Virus record (IMG/VR): IMGVR_UViG_3300028666_000024
Coordinates: 128,001-169,231 of that record
Source of the DNA: a virus
Taxonomy: Duplodnaviria > Heunggongvirae > Uroviricota > Caudoviricetes
Strand: one strand, 5' to 3'
DNA: 41,231 bases
Shown: positions 18,299-26,454 of the stretch, piece after piece
Layout: every line of letters starts with the position of its first letter
How positions within the stretch are numbered: position 1 is the stretch's first letter
Notes under the pieces: generated by a model
Databases searched by the model: none
Told to the model about the DNA's origin: nothing
What the model saw: only the letters and a program-made list of their open reading frames with translations
Program-made: the position numbers and the translations under genes

Positions 18299-18604
18299 AT
18301 GTCATTTGAGAATTATGTATTATTTGAATCTGAAGTTAGAGGATTTGCAAAGAAATTTGAATCTTTGAAAAGTTCTATTCAAAAGACTTTGGAAAGTATT
18401 AATAAGTTCAAAGAGAATAAGGATATTATCGAATCTGGTAATATGGAAGTTATTCGACAGTTTAATAAGGTTGGTGAGACTCTTGAGGATGCATTGCGGG
18501 AGATTGATGTTTTGGTTGATATTGCATCTGAAAAGAAAGATGAACCTGTTAAAGATGTTAATAAGAAGAAAATGGCTGATTATTTGATTAAGGAGACAAA
18601 GTAA
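18299..18604 (+). CDS. Hypothetical late helical protein
   Basis: AAGGAG RBS; N-terminus MSFENYVLFE. Confidence 0.75.
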   Translation: MSFENYVLFESEVRGFAKKFESLKSSIQKTLESINKFKENKDIIESGNMEVIRQFNKVGETLEDALREIDVLVDIASEKKDEPVKDVNKKKMADYLIKETK

Positions 18605-18957
18605 TGTCTAAACAAACTGCTGGTGAATATCTTGAAGAGATGAGAAAGTATCTGACCGAGGAACCTACAGATGCGGAACAAGGGTTTGCTGATGGAACAA
18701 TGCCTGAACCTAATGATGATCTTGCTCCCGGAGATGAACCCGGAGAGGATATTGGAGATGATGATACCATTAAGATTTACTTCAATGATTTAACCGAAGA
18801 GATTCAAGAGAAGGTTATTGATAAGATGAAGAAAGCTTTGAAAGTTACCGAAGAGGATGATGTTTCAATCAATAAGATTAAAGATCAAATTAATGATAAT
18901 CCTCTGGTTGAAATGGATGTAGAGGAGTTTAAACGTAAGATGGGTTTGAAGATTTAA
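18604..18957 (+). CDS. Acidic hypothetical late protein
   Basis: AAGGAG RBS; D/E-rich. Confidence 0.75.
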   Translation: MSKQTAGEYLEEMRKYLTEEPTDAEQGFADGTMPEPNDDLAPGDEPGEDIGDDDTIKIYFNDLTEEIQEKVIDKMKKALKVTEEDDVSINKIKDQINDNPLVEMDVEEFKRKMGLKI

Positions 18958-18995
18958 TAGTAACTAACTAAATCATTCACTTTAAAAGAAGAGGT

Positions 18996-19337
18996 GTGTA
19001 TATGGGTTTTGTAATTCTTTCTGCTATTCTTGTTGGTTCAGGATTTATTGTCGGTTTGTGGACTGTTAATTCCGGACTTGAAGCAAAGGTTGAGGCAAAG
19101 GTTAAGACTGCTGTTGATGATTTTGAAAACAGAGTGTCAAGTATTGAGGGTGATGTTGCTTCTATTAAGACTAGAGACGAAGCCGCTTTTATTCAGAAGT
19201 ATGCTCAGGTGACACAAGTTATAACAACTACTGCAAGTGATGTGAAGAATGATGTTGAAAATGTTGGTGCTACTGTAACAAGTGATGTTGCTGTTAAGGT
19301 TGCCGCTGTAGAAAATACTTTGAATACCGCTGTTTAA
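18996..19337 (+). CDS. Membrane-anchored coiled-coil protein
   Basis: N-terminal hydrophobic helix then heptad-like region; start may be ATG 19002. Confidence 0.7.
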   Translation: MYMGFVILSAILVGSGFIVGLWTVNSGLEAKVEAKVKTAVDDFENRVSSIEGDVASIKTRDEAAFIQKYAQVTQVITTTASDVKNDVENVGATVTSDVAVKVAAVENTLNTAV

Positions 19338-19354
19338 TTCTGTTAAGATGAAGA

Positions 19355-19381
19355 GAGGGAGGATTTTAAATCTCCCTTTTA
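19355..19381 (+). terminator. Rho-independent terminator
   Basis: AGGGAG...CTCCCT followed by T-run. Confidence 0.7.
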
Positions 19382-19388
19382 AATTTAT

Positions 19389-19396
19389 TATAAATA
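19389..19396 (+). promoter_or_regulatory. T4-type late promoter TATAAATA
   Basis: Intergenic, just after the terminator. Confidence 0.65.
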
Positions 19397-19434
19397 TTTT
19401 TGAATAGACTTTTCATCTTCACAAGGAAATATCA

Positions 19435-19839
19435 ATGATTATAACTTTGATTTGTTTTGGGGTTTTTCTTGTTTGGTCTACAATTATGTCTATGATCTTC
19501 GCAGGTTTTGTTAAAACACTTATCTATGGATCAGATCCTTATGAAGGTGTTGATTTAAATGATGATTCTACATTACCCGAAGAATATAAGAAGAAGTTTA
19601 TTGAACTGACTAGATTTGGAATCACTCAGGGATTAAATTTACAACTCCTCGCAACTTTTAAAATGCTTGAGGATTGTGGTGGAATTTATACAGGAACATT
19701 TGAAAATATCAAACAAGAAACTAATAAAAATATTGACTGGTTGATGGGTGATGTAAAACGTATGGAAGAATGGAACGGTAAATATTCCGAATATATTAAA
19801 CAATCTAAAGCAGAAGATAGTGGAACAGAAAACAAATGA
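19435..19839 (+). CDS. Hypothetical membrane protein
   Basis: N-terminal TM segment. Confidence 0.7.
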   Translation: MIITLICFGVFLVWSTIMSMIFAGFVKTLIYGSDPYEGVDLNDDSTLPEEYKKKFIELTRFGITQGLNLQLLATFKMLEDCGGIYTGTFENIKQETNKNIDWLMGDVKRMEEWNGKYSEYIKQSKAEDSGTENK

Positions 19840-20216
19840 TAATTTTAATAATTATTCAAACCTTAATCCTTATAGGGTTTATATTTTTTGGTTGGAGGAT
19901 GAAAGGCGGGACAGAATTTCTTCTTGGAAAATTTGTTGACCAAGTTCAAAAACTAACAACCGAAAGCAATGCAGCAACCAAAGCATTTGCAAATGAAATA
20001 AAAGAATTAAAAAATCTTACAAAGACTGTTCAAGATTTTAAAGAAGAAGGTAAAACTTTTCAAAATGCTAATAAAACATTGGTAATAACTTCACAAACTT
20101 TAAATAACGAGGGAGTTAGAAATTATAAATCAATAGACTCCTCAGTTAGAAGATTAGATGTTGCAACAAAAAATTTAGAATTAATAACAAGAAATATAAA
20201 TGCAAAACTCAAATAA
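19836..20216 (+). CDS. Membrane-anchored coiled-coil protein
   Basis: N-terminal TM plus helical remainder; architecture resembles i-spanins but not demonstrated. Confidence 0.6.
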   Translation: MIILIIIQTLILIGFIFFGWRMKGGTEFLLGKFVDQVQKLTTESNAATKAFANEIKELKNLTKTVQDFKEEGKTFQNANKTLVITSQTLNNEGVRNYKSIDSSVRRLDVATKNLELITRNINAKLK

Positions 20217-20754
20217 GATTCAATCTGTAATAGAAAATTGTGATGTCAAAACAGCTTTTATCAAAGTTGTAGATTTTTTTGATCCTAACCGTGGAAAAAA
20301 CCAAAAAACAAATATTTTGGATTTCTCGAATCTCTTTATCTGGAATGACAGAGATATTAATTTATATAACGTGACCAAGACCCGTAATATGAATAGTGCC
20401 TCACAGAAACGATTTGATTTAATCCTCTATGAACCTCCATACAACAAAACCTACATCACCAATGCTACCGAAGCCTCTAAGACCTTTCATGCTGTCCTGA
20501 ACGACCGTGGAGTGGTTATAATCAAAACTACAGACTTCAAGGCAAATACTCCAAAGCTTATAGGTGGATATGATTTAAAATTTGTTATGGAAATTAATGA
20601 TTTTTATCTCTCTGACCAACTAATTTATAAGTATAATTTTAAAAATGCAGGTAACACGAAAAAAGAACCCCAAAACAACGCTGTCGATACAATTCATTTT
20701 TATTTCATGATATTTCGAAAGAATGATAAAAAAGACTTGATTACTCAAAAATAA
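20200..20754 (+). CDS. Divergent amino-methyltransferase-like protein (EPPY in place of DPPY)
   Basis: FFDPNRGK motif-I-like segment, FDLILYEPPY, VLNDRGVVIIK..D, H.YFMIFRK. Confidence 0.55.
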   Translation: MQNSNKIQSVIENCDVKTAFIKVVDFFDPNRGKNQKTNILDFSNLFIWNDRDINLYNVTKTRNMNSASQKRFDLILYEPPYNKTYITNATEASKTFHAVLNDRGVVIIKTTDFKANTPKLIGGYDLKFVMEINDFYLSDQLIYKYNFKNAGNTKKEPQNNAVDTIHFYFMIFRKNDKKDLITQK

Positions 20755-20765
20755 GATGGTATTAT
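20737..20765 (+). promoter_or_regulatory. sigma70-like promoter, class A
   Basis: TTGATT-17-TATTAT with gatgg before -10. Confidence 0.75.
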
Positions 20766-20796
20766 TTATTGAAACAAACAGAGAGAGGAAAAGTAA

Positions 20797-20934
20797 GTGG
20801 CAAAGATTAGGATTGAAGATTTAGACCAGTTGGAAGAAGAATTTGATGATGGCCGATATCAGGACCAACGAGAGAAAAACAGGAACAGAGATTCCAAAAA
20901 CAAATTTAAAAAAGAGGAATATTTTGAAAACTAA
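20797..20934 (+). CDS. Small charged protein (45 aa, GTG start)
   Basis: GAGGA RBS after the promoter; MAKIRIEDLDQLEEEF... Confidence 0.55.
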   Translation: MAKIRIEDLDQLEEEFDDGRYQDQREKNRNRDSKNKFKKEEYFEN

Positions 20935-21133
20935 CAAATTAAAATATTTGTCTGATTTTGAACTTCTTAATATAATTTGTAAAAAACAACGTAAAAGTTT
21001 TTGTAAACATTGTCCTTTTGAATATTGTGTTGCCTCTATAGGATTATTTAATAAAGCAGAAGCAAAAAGAATAACAGAAATCATAAACAAATATAGAGAA
21101 GATCTTCCCGGAACAAAAAATGCCAAATCCTAA
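20924..21133 (+). CDS. Small Cys-containing hypothetical protein
   Basis: TTG start after GAGG; C...CKHCPF..C. Confidence 0.5.
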   Translation: MKTNKLKYLSDFELLNIICKKQRKSFCKHCPFEYCVASIGLFNKAEAKRITEIINKYREDLPGTKNAKS

Positions 21134-21386
21134 TCTTTTAAAAGAACTTCTAAATATTTACAATCTTCTTTCTGAAGGTAAAGATAAAAAAGATTTAGAA
21201 TACATTTTAAATCTTATCAAGATCAGTATAACTACTAATAAGGTTTCTTTAAAATTTATTTTACTTTATTTAAAAAACAAACTCAAGAGTGTAAGTGTTG
21301 CTTCAAATGTGGATGGTAAGTCGTTGATTCTTTGGAGAAAAATTCTAAACATCTTTCAGGAGAATGTAAAAAGTGAAAATAATTAA
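21120..21386 (+). CDS. Hypothetical protein
   Basis: ORF overlapping both neighbours in the operon. Confidence 0.6.
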   Translation: MPNPNLLKELLNIYNLLSEGKDKKDLEYILNLIKISITTNKVSLKFILLYLKNKLKSVSVASNVDGKSLILWRKILNIFQENVKSENN

Positions 21387-21993
21387 ACCAAGTTTTGAAA
21401 TTCTTTCTAAGATTGATGGAGAAGAAATTTTAAAGAATTTAGAATTGGTAGGAAGAGTTTGTTATAAATCAGAAGAAAAGATTACAGAAGATTCAGCAAG
21501 AAAATTTGTAAAAGGAATTATAAAGTCAGGACATGAAACTATTCTCGAACATGAAAAGGTTACAGTCAGGATTATTTGTGACCGTGGTGTATCGCATGAA
21601 TTGGTAAGACATAGAATTATAAGTCCAAGTCAGGAGTCTACTCGTTTTGTAAAATATAATGATGTTACTTTTATTGAACCATGTTTTTGGAATGAAGATC
21701 CTGAAATGTTTACTGCTTGGAAGACTGCTTGTGAATCTGCTGAGAAAGTATATTCTTTTATGCTTGATAGTGGAGCAAAACCACAAGAAGCCCGTTCAGT
21801 TCTTCCTAATTCATTAAAGACTGAACTTGTTATTACTGCTAATATGAGAGAGTGGAGACATATATTTAAACTTCGTGCTATCGGAACAACTGGTAAACCT
21901 CACCCTCAAATGTTAGAGATTATGGTTCCTATGCTACAAGAATTTAAAACAAGAATTCCTGTTATCTTTGACGATTTAACCTTTAACAATTAG
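21373..21993 (+). CDS. thyX: Flavin-dependent thymidylate synthase
   Basis: GRVCY, GHETILEH, SHELVRHR..S.SQESTR, QEARSVLP, NMREWRH. Confidence 0.95.
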   Translation: MKIIKPSFEILSKIDGEEILKNLELVGRVCYKSEEKITEDSARKFVKGIIKSGHETILEHEKVTVRIICDRGVSHELVRHRIISPSQESTRFVKYNDVTFIEPCFWNEDPEMFTAWKTACESAEKVYSFMLDSGAKPQEARSVLPNSLKTELVITANMREWRHIFKLRAIGTTGKPHPQMLEIMVPMLQEFKTRIPVIFDDLTFNN

Positions 21994-22001
21994 GAGTTAT
22001 T

Positions 22002-22160
22002 ATGGGTTCAGATGATGCAAATTGGTTGTTTAGTGATAGTCCAAGTCTTGAGGATACAACAGCAGGTATGGTGTTTCATGGTGATTTCAACTTAGAAAAG
22101 TTTGTAAGGGAAGTTGGAGTTGAAAAGGTTCAGGAAACTATTAACAAGTTAAAGGTATAG
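22002..22160 (+). CDS. Small hypothetical protein (52 aa)
   Basis: AGGAG RBS; TAG directly abuts ATG 22161. Confidence 0.6.
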   Translation: MGSDDANWLFSDSPSLEDTTAGMVFHGDFNLEKFVREVGVEKVQETINKLKV

Positions 22161-22604
22161 ATGGACAAGAAAGAAGTTCTCAATTTTGTTTATGAGGTTA
22201 TCAAGGATGAAAACCTCCAGATTTATCCAATAGTGAAATATAAATACAAACACATCTCCTATCCTTGTGAGATAATATTATTCAAAGGTAAAGATAAGAA
22301 GAATCTTTTAATCTGTAATCTTATTTTGAACAGAAATGTTTTTAACAACAAAACAAACAGAAATCTACTAAAGGCATATATTCTTCATGAATTTGGACAT
22401 TGTTTCTTTGAATCAAAAAGTAAATATAAGAATGAACTGTATGCACAAACGTGGGCCATCTATAAAGCAAGGAAGATGGGAATTAAATTCATCGAAAGAC
22501 ATTTGATAACTATTATGAAAGAATGGTTGGAAATGAATTGGCAAGATTTTGAATTTCGTAGATACATAACGGCAGCTAAAGAATATTTCAAAGAAAAAAA
22601 GTAA
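22161..22604 (+). CDS. HExxH zincin-like metallopeptidase-fold protein
   Basis: ILHEFGH followed by NELYA (third-ligand Glu spacing as in ImmA/IrrE-like proteins). Confidence 0.65.
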   Translation: MDKKEVLNFVYEVIKDENLQIYPIVKYKYKHISYPCEIILFKGKDKKNLLICNLILNRNVFNNKTNRNLLKAYILHEFGHCFFESKSKYKNELYAQTWAIYKARKMGIKFIERHLITIMKEWLEMNWQDFEFRRYITAAKEYFKEKK

Positions 22605-22612
22605 TATAGTTC

Positions 22613-22641
22613 TTGACTTTTATTTACCCATAATATATTTT
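22613..22641 (+). promoter_or_regulatory. sigma70-like promoter, class B-like, for the radical SAM operon
   Basis: TTGACT-17-TATTTT; spacer resembles the 30460 (-) promoter. Confidence 0.5.
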
Positions 22642-22642
22642 A

Positions 22643-23701
22643 ATGACAACCAAATTAAACAACTTTAGAAAGGGTTTTAAAGTGAATCTTTTTGAAAATA
22701 AAAAAATAAAGTCTCTGAGTTCACCTGAAGTTAATTATATATTTAACAAAGAAAACGGACTGATGGGAGTTTGGGGTAAAGAAATAGAAGAAGATCCTAC
22801 TCATTCTCCCTATGGTCCTTTCATTGCAGATATTGAACTCTCTACTATCTGTGCAAATGGTTGTCGTTTCTGTTACAAAGACAATACTTCTAAGGGTGAG
22901 AATATGAGTTTCGAAACCTTTACAAAACTTTTCAAAAAGATTCCAAAGACCCTTACACAAATTGCTTTTGGAATTGGTGATATTAATAGTTGTCCAGACC
23001 TATTTCCCATTATGAATTATTGCAGAAACAATGATTATAATTATGTTGTTCCTAATATCACTATCAATAGTTGCACAGAATATCAGGCTTCTTGTCTTGC
23101 TTCTATTTGTGGTGCTGTTGCTGTGTCTCTTTATGATTATGATACCTGTTATAATTCAGTCAAACGTCTTACCGATGCAGGTTTGACTCAGGTTAATATT
23201 CATGCCGTTGTTAGTGAAGAAACTTATGACAGATGTATGAAGGTTGTTGAAGATGTAAAGACTGACCCACGCTTGAATAAACTCAATGCTATTGTTTTCT
23301 TGATGTTGAAGAACAAAGGCCGGGGAGAAACCTTTCATAAGATTTCTTTTGAAAAGTATAAAATTCTTGTGAATACTGCCCTTGAAAAAAAGATTAATAT
23401 TGGATTTGATAGTTGTTCAGCATTTAGTTTTCTTTCGGTTGTTGATAATCAAAATAAATATAAACAGTTTGTTGAAGAATGTGAAAGTGCAAGGTTTAGT
23501 CTTTATATCAATGTTAAAGGTGAATATCATCATTGCTCATTCGCGGAAAAGGGAGATGGTATCAGTATCCTTGATTGTGAAGATTTTGTAAAGGATATTT
23601 GGAATCATGAAAAAGTTGTAAATTTTCGAAATACTTCTATAGAGAATTGTAAAAAATGTGTTTCTTGTCAACTATTTGATTTGAAACTGGAGAAAGAATA
23701 A
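22643..23701 (+). CDS. Radical SAM enzyme with C-terminal SPASM/twitch-like Cys cluster
   Basis: CANGCRFC (CxxxCxxC); C-terminal CES.RFSLYINVKGEYHHC...CKKCVSC; true start may be GTG 22682. Confidence 0.9.
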   Translation: MTTKLNNFRKGFKVNLFENKKIKSLSSPEVNYIFNKENGLMGVWGKEIEEDPTHSPYGPFIADIELSTICANGCRFCYKDNTSKGENMSFETFTKLFKKIPKTLTQIAFGIGDINSCPDLFPIMNYCRNNDYNYVVPNITINSCTEYQASCLASICGAVAVSLYDYDTCYNSVKRLTDAGLTQVNIHAVVSEETYDRCMKVVEDVKTDPRLNKLNAIVFLMLKNKGRGETFHKISFEKYKILVNTALEKKINIGFDSCSAFSFLSVVDNQNKYKQFVEECESARFSLYINVKGEYHHCSFAEKGDGISILDCEDFVKDIWNHEKVVNFRNTSIENCKKCVSCQLFDLKLEKE

Positions 23702-23702
23702 T

Positions 23703-24005
23703 ATGAAAATTAGAATGGGGTTTGTCAGCAATTCAAGTAGTTCTTCTTTCGTATTTTATGTTAAGAAAGAAGATTTTCAAAAGGTACTTGATAAACTTCC
23801 TGAAGATATTAAGAAAGATTTTACAGAAGCAGACCCCAAAGACCCCGAAGACTATTATGCTAACTACCGGGAAGAGAATCATTTTGGAGTTAATATCATA
23901 AGATGTTATTTTTCTGTAATTGAAGGTTGTGAAACATATGAAATTATTCAAAATATTTTTAAAGATATTGATAATATTTCTTCAAATCTTGGGAGGAATG
24001 AATGA
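23703..24005 (+). CDS. FVSNSSS-motif protein 1
   Basis: N-terminus MKIRMGFVSNSSSSSFVF. Confidence 0.9.
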   Translation: MKIRMGFVSNSSSSSFVFYVKKEDFQKVLDKLPEDIKKDFTEADPKDPEDYYANYREENHFGVNIIRCYFSVIEGCETYEIIQNIFKDIDNISSNLGRNE

Positions 24006-24280
24006 AAATTCGAACAGGTTTTGTTTCAAATAGTTCATCATCAAGTTTTATAATTCTTATGAAGAAAGAAGATTATAAAGAGTTTTACAAATCTTTAGAA
24101 CCAAAACTAAAAAAAATTATTAAAAGTAATGATCTTGGTTGTTGTGTAAATGATTTGAAACATTTTAATATAGATTTAAAAGAAATTAATATGAGTGGAA
24201 TGGATGGAGATGATTGGATGCAAGATATTCAAAAAACAGCATCTAAGTTTGATATTATAAAATATTATATTGATAACTAA
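24002..24280 (+). CDS. FVSNSSS-motif protein 2
   Basis: N-terminus MKIRTGFVSNSSSSSFII. Confidence 0.9.
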   Translation: MKIRTGFVSNSSSSSFIILMKKEDYKEFYKSLEPKLKKIIKSNDLGCCVNDLKHFNIDLKEINMSGMDGDDWMQDIQKTASKFDIIKYYIDN

Positions 24281-24316
24281 TGAAGTTCAATTAACAAAGT
24301 TCAATAGGAGTATGAT

Positions 24317-24685
24317 ATGAAAATCAGAACAGGTTTTGTCAGCAATTCATCATCGTCTTCTTTTATTGTTGATACTGAGGCAGACAAGAATGAATTGGAA
24401 CTAATGAAAGTTAAATCATTTTCGGTTGATGAAATTATAAAGTATTATGAAAATATTTTAAAATCTCTTTCTAATGTCGATACTGCCGAAGAGATTATGC
24501 CTTACTTTATGACTCTAACTTATTCCTATAGACCAACTATATCTTCTATCAAAAAAGAACTTATGGAAGAGATTGAAGTTATGAAAAATTATAAAGGTAA
24601 ATACATAACAGAAGCAGTCGATAGGGATTGGGCGTATGAAAATATATTAACATTTAAACTCTCAACTTTCGAAACAGACTTATAA
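24317..24685 (+). CDS. FVSNSSS-motif protein 3
   Basis: N-terminus MKIRTGFVSNSSSSSFIV. Confidence 0.9.
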   Translation: MKIRTGFVSNSSSSSFIVDTEADKNELELMKVKSFSVDEIIKYYENILKSLSNVDTAEEIMPYFMTLTYSYRPTISSIKKELMEEIEVMKNYKGKYITEAVDRDWAYENILTFKLSTFETDL

Positions 24686-24686
24686 T

Positions 24687-25043
24687 ATGAAAATCAGAAC
24701 TGGTTTTGTTTCAAATAGTTCCAGCGCAAGTTATTTGATTATAGTTAAGAAAGAAGACTTTCAAAAGATTTATAATGGTTTGAAAGATTTTGAACAAAGT
24801 ATGATTAATGAAGTTTCAAAACCTTTTAAAAAATTTGGAATGAATCTTGTAGAAATTTATTTTAAACGTGATGAAGATTATACAACTCTTGATGATTGGG
24901 AAGAATCTAATAAGGATGATTTTACTCAAAAACAAAATTATTTATTTGAAGAAAAATATTATGGAGTAGGAAGATATTTTGAAGATAAAGTTATAAAAAA
25001 TTTTGAAAGTGTTGAAAATATTACACATTGTGATTTTGAATAA
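24687..25043 (+). CDS. FVSNSSS-motif protein 4
   Basis: N-terminus MKIRTGFVSNSSSASYLI. Confidence 0.9.
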   Translation: MKIRTGFVSNSSSASYLIIVKKEDFQKIYNGLKDFEQSMINEVSKPFKKFGMNLVEIYFKRDEDYTTLDDWEESNKDDFTQKQNYLFEEKYYGVGRYFEDKVIKNFESVENITHCDFE

Positions 25044-25067
25044 ATAACTAAATTCAAGGAGATTAAT

Positions 25068-25403
25068 ATGAAAATTCGTATGGGTTTTGTATCTAACAGC
25101 AGCAGTTCAAGTTTCTGTATTTATGGAGTAGAAATAACTGAAAAAGATATTTGTAAAATTTTAGATGTTCAAGACTTTAATTCTATCAATCATTATGTAG
25201 AAGATATTACCGAGAAGACAGATCTTGAGATGCATGGTAACGGAAATTCTGAAACTTATTATCTCGGTCGTAGTTTCAGTACAATTGGAGATGATGAAAC
25301 AGGCAAGGAATTTAAAAAGTCAATTGAAAATACTTTGAAAAAGTTTCTTGGAAATGATATTAAATGTTGTGATATTGAAGAAACCGGATATGATGTTTAT
25401 TAA
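25068..25403 (+). CDS. FVSNSSS-motif protein 5
   Basis: N-terminus MKIRMGFVSNSSSSSFCIYG. Confidence 0.9.
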   Translation: MKIRMGFVSNSSSSSFCIYGVEITEKDICKILDVQDFNSINHYVEDITEKTDLEMHGNGNSETYYLGRSFSTIGDDETGKEFKKSIENTLKKFLGNDIKCCDIEETGYDVY

Positions 25404-25427
25404 CATTAACATTAACAAAGGAGTAGT

Positions 25428-25772
25428 ATGAAAATTCGTATGGGTTTTGTATCTAACAGCAGTTCAAGTAGTTTTTGTATCTATGGGATGGAAATGGACA
25501 AAGAAGACCTTCTAAAGATTATTGGTAAGACTGAAGAAGAGTTTGGTGGAATGTATGATTCATTAGAAGAAGCGGCAGAGAAGACAGATCTTGAGATGCA
25601 TGGTAACGAAAATTCTGAAACTTATTATCTCGGTCGTAGTTATTCTCGTATTGGTGGTGAAGAAACAGGCAATCAATTCAAGGCAGATGTTGTAAAGAAA
25701 CTTAGTGATGCTCTTGACAGGAATGTTTCTGCATCTTGTAGTTATATTTCAGAAGCTTGGTATAATGGATAA
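25428..25772 (+). CDS. FVSNSSS-motif protein 6
   Basis: N-terminus MKIRMGFVSNSSSSSFCIYG; full-length paralogue of protein 5. Confidence 0.9.
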   Translation: MKIRMGFVSNSSSSSFCIYGMEMDKEDLLKIIGKTEEEFGGMYDSLEEAAEKTDLEMHGNENSETYYLGRSYSRIGGEETGNQFKADVVKKLSDALDRNVSASCSYISEAWYNG

Positions 25773-25797
25773 GCATTTTTATGAAGTATAATTGTAT

Positions 25798-25824
25798 GAG
25801 AGGGAGTTTTTAAATTCCCTCTTT
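25798..25824 (+). terminator. Stem-loop terminator closing the radical SAM operon
   Basis: GAGAGGGAG...TTCCCTCTT. Confidence 0.7.
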
Positions 25825-25849
25825 CAAATTTTTATAAAGAGGATTTAAA

Positions 25850-26167
25850 ATGCCAATTGATAATATTGAACTTTTAAATAAATTAGTAAAGAAAATCGAA
25901 GATACTTTCAAAGTCGATGAATGGACATATGATTTAATTCCTCCAGATTACAAAGAGAAAGTTTTTAAGAAAGATGGTAGCATAGAAATATTAGATCATT
26001 GTATAGGTGTTAGAAATATTAATAGTAGAACTCAAAAATTGTGGTTTACTTCTACAAAAGAATCTAAAATTCTTTACAAGTTTATTATAAAAAAAATTGA
26101 TGATAAAAGATTTGAAATACTTACAAAAGATATTGAAGATTCTATTGAAAATATTTTAAAATCATAA
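25850..26167 (+). CDS. Hypothetical protein
   Basis: GAGGA RBS, TAATG coupling. Confidence 0.7.
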   Translation: MPIDNIELLNKLVKKIEDTFKVDEWTYDLIPPDYKEKVFKKDGSIEILDHCIGVRNINSRTQKLWFTSTKESKILYKFIIKKIDDKRFEILTKDIEDSIENILKS

Positions 26168-26454
26168 TGTCCAAACAATCCGAACTTTATAAAAGAAATT
26201 GGATATATGTTCAAAATCCAAAGGTGTATGGTTTTCACTGTGATGTCTGTGGTGAAAGTAATATTGAATGGTCTGAATTTGAAGGACATATTTTTTGTAA
26301 AGATTGTAAGATAGATACTAAAGGAACAGGAAGTATTTTTGATGGGCCAATTGATGTGAATGCTGCAACAATGTTAGGAATATCTTTCGACCGTCTCGAT
26401 ATTCAAACTAACAAACTTCAAAAATTTAATTTAAAAACAAAACAATATGAATAA
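26167..26454 (+). CDS. Zinc-ribbon protein
   Basis: CDVCG...FCKDC. Confidence 0.7.
   Translation: MSKQSELYKRNWIYVQNPKVYGFHCDVCGESNIEWSEFEGHIFCKDCKIDTKGTGSIFDGPIDVNAATMLGISFDRLDIQTNKLQKFNLKTKQYE

Noticed and set aside
18996-20216. Lysis cassette (holin/spanins)
   Set aside because: Membrane and coiled-coil architecture is compatible, but no endolysin or clear lipobox o-spanin is visible.
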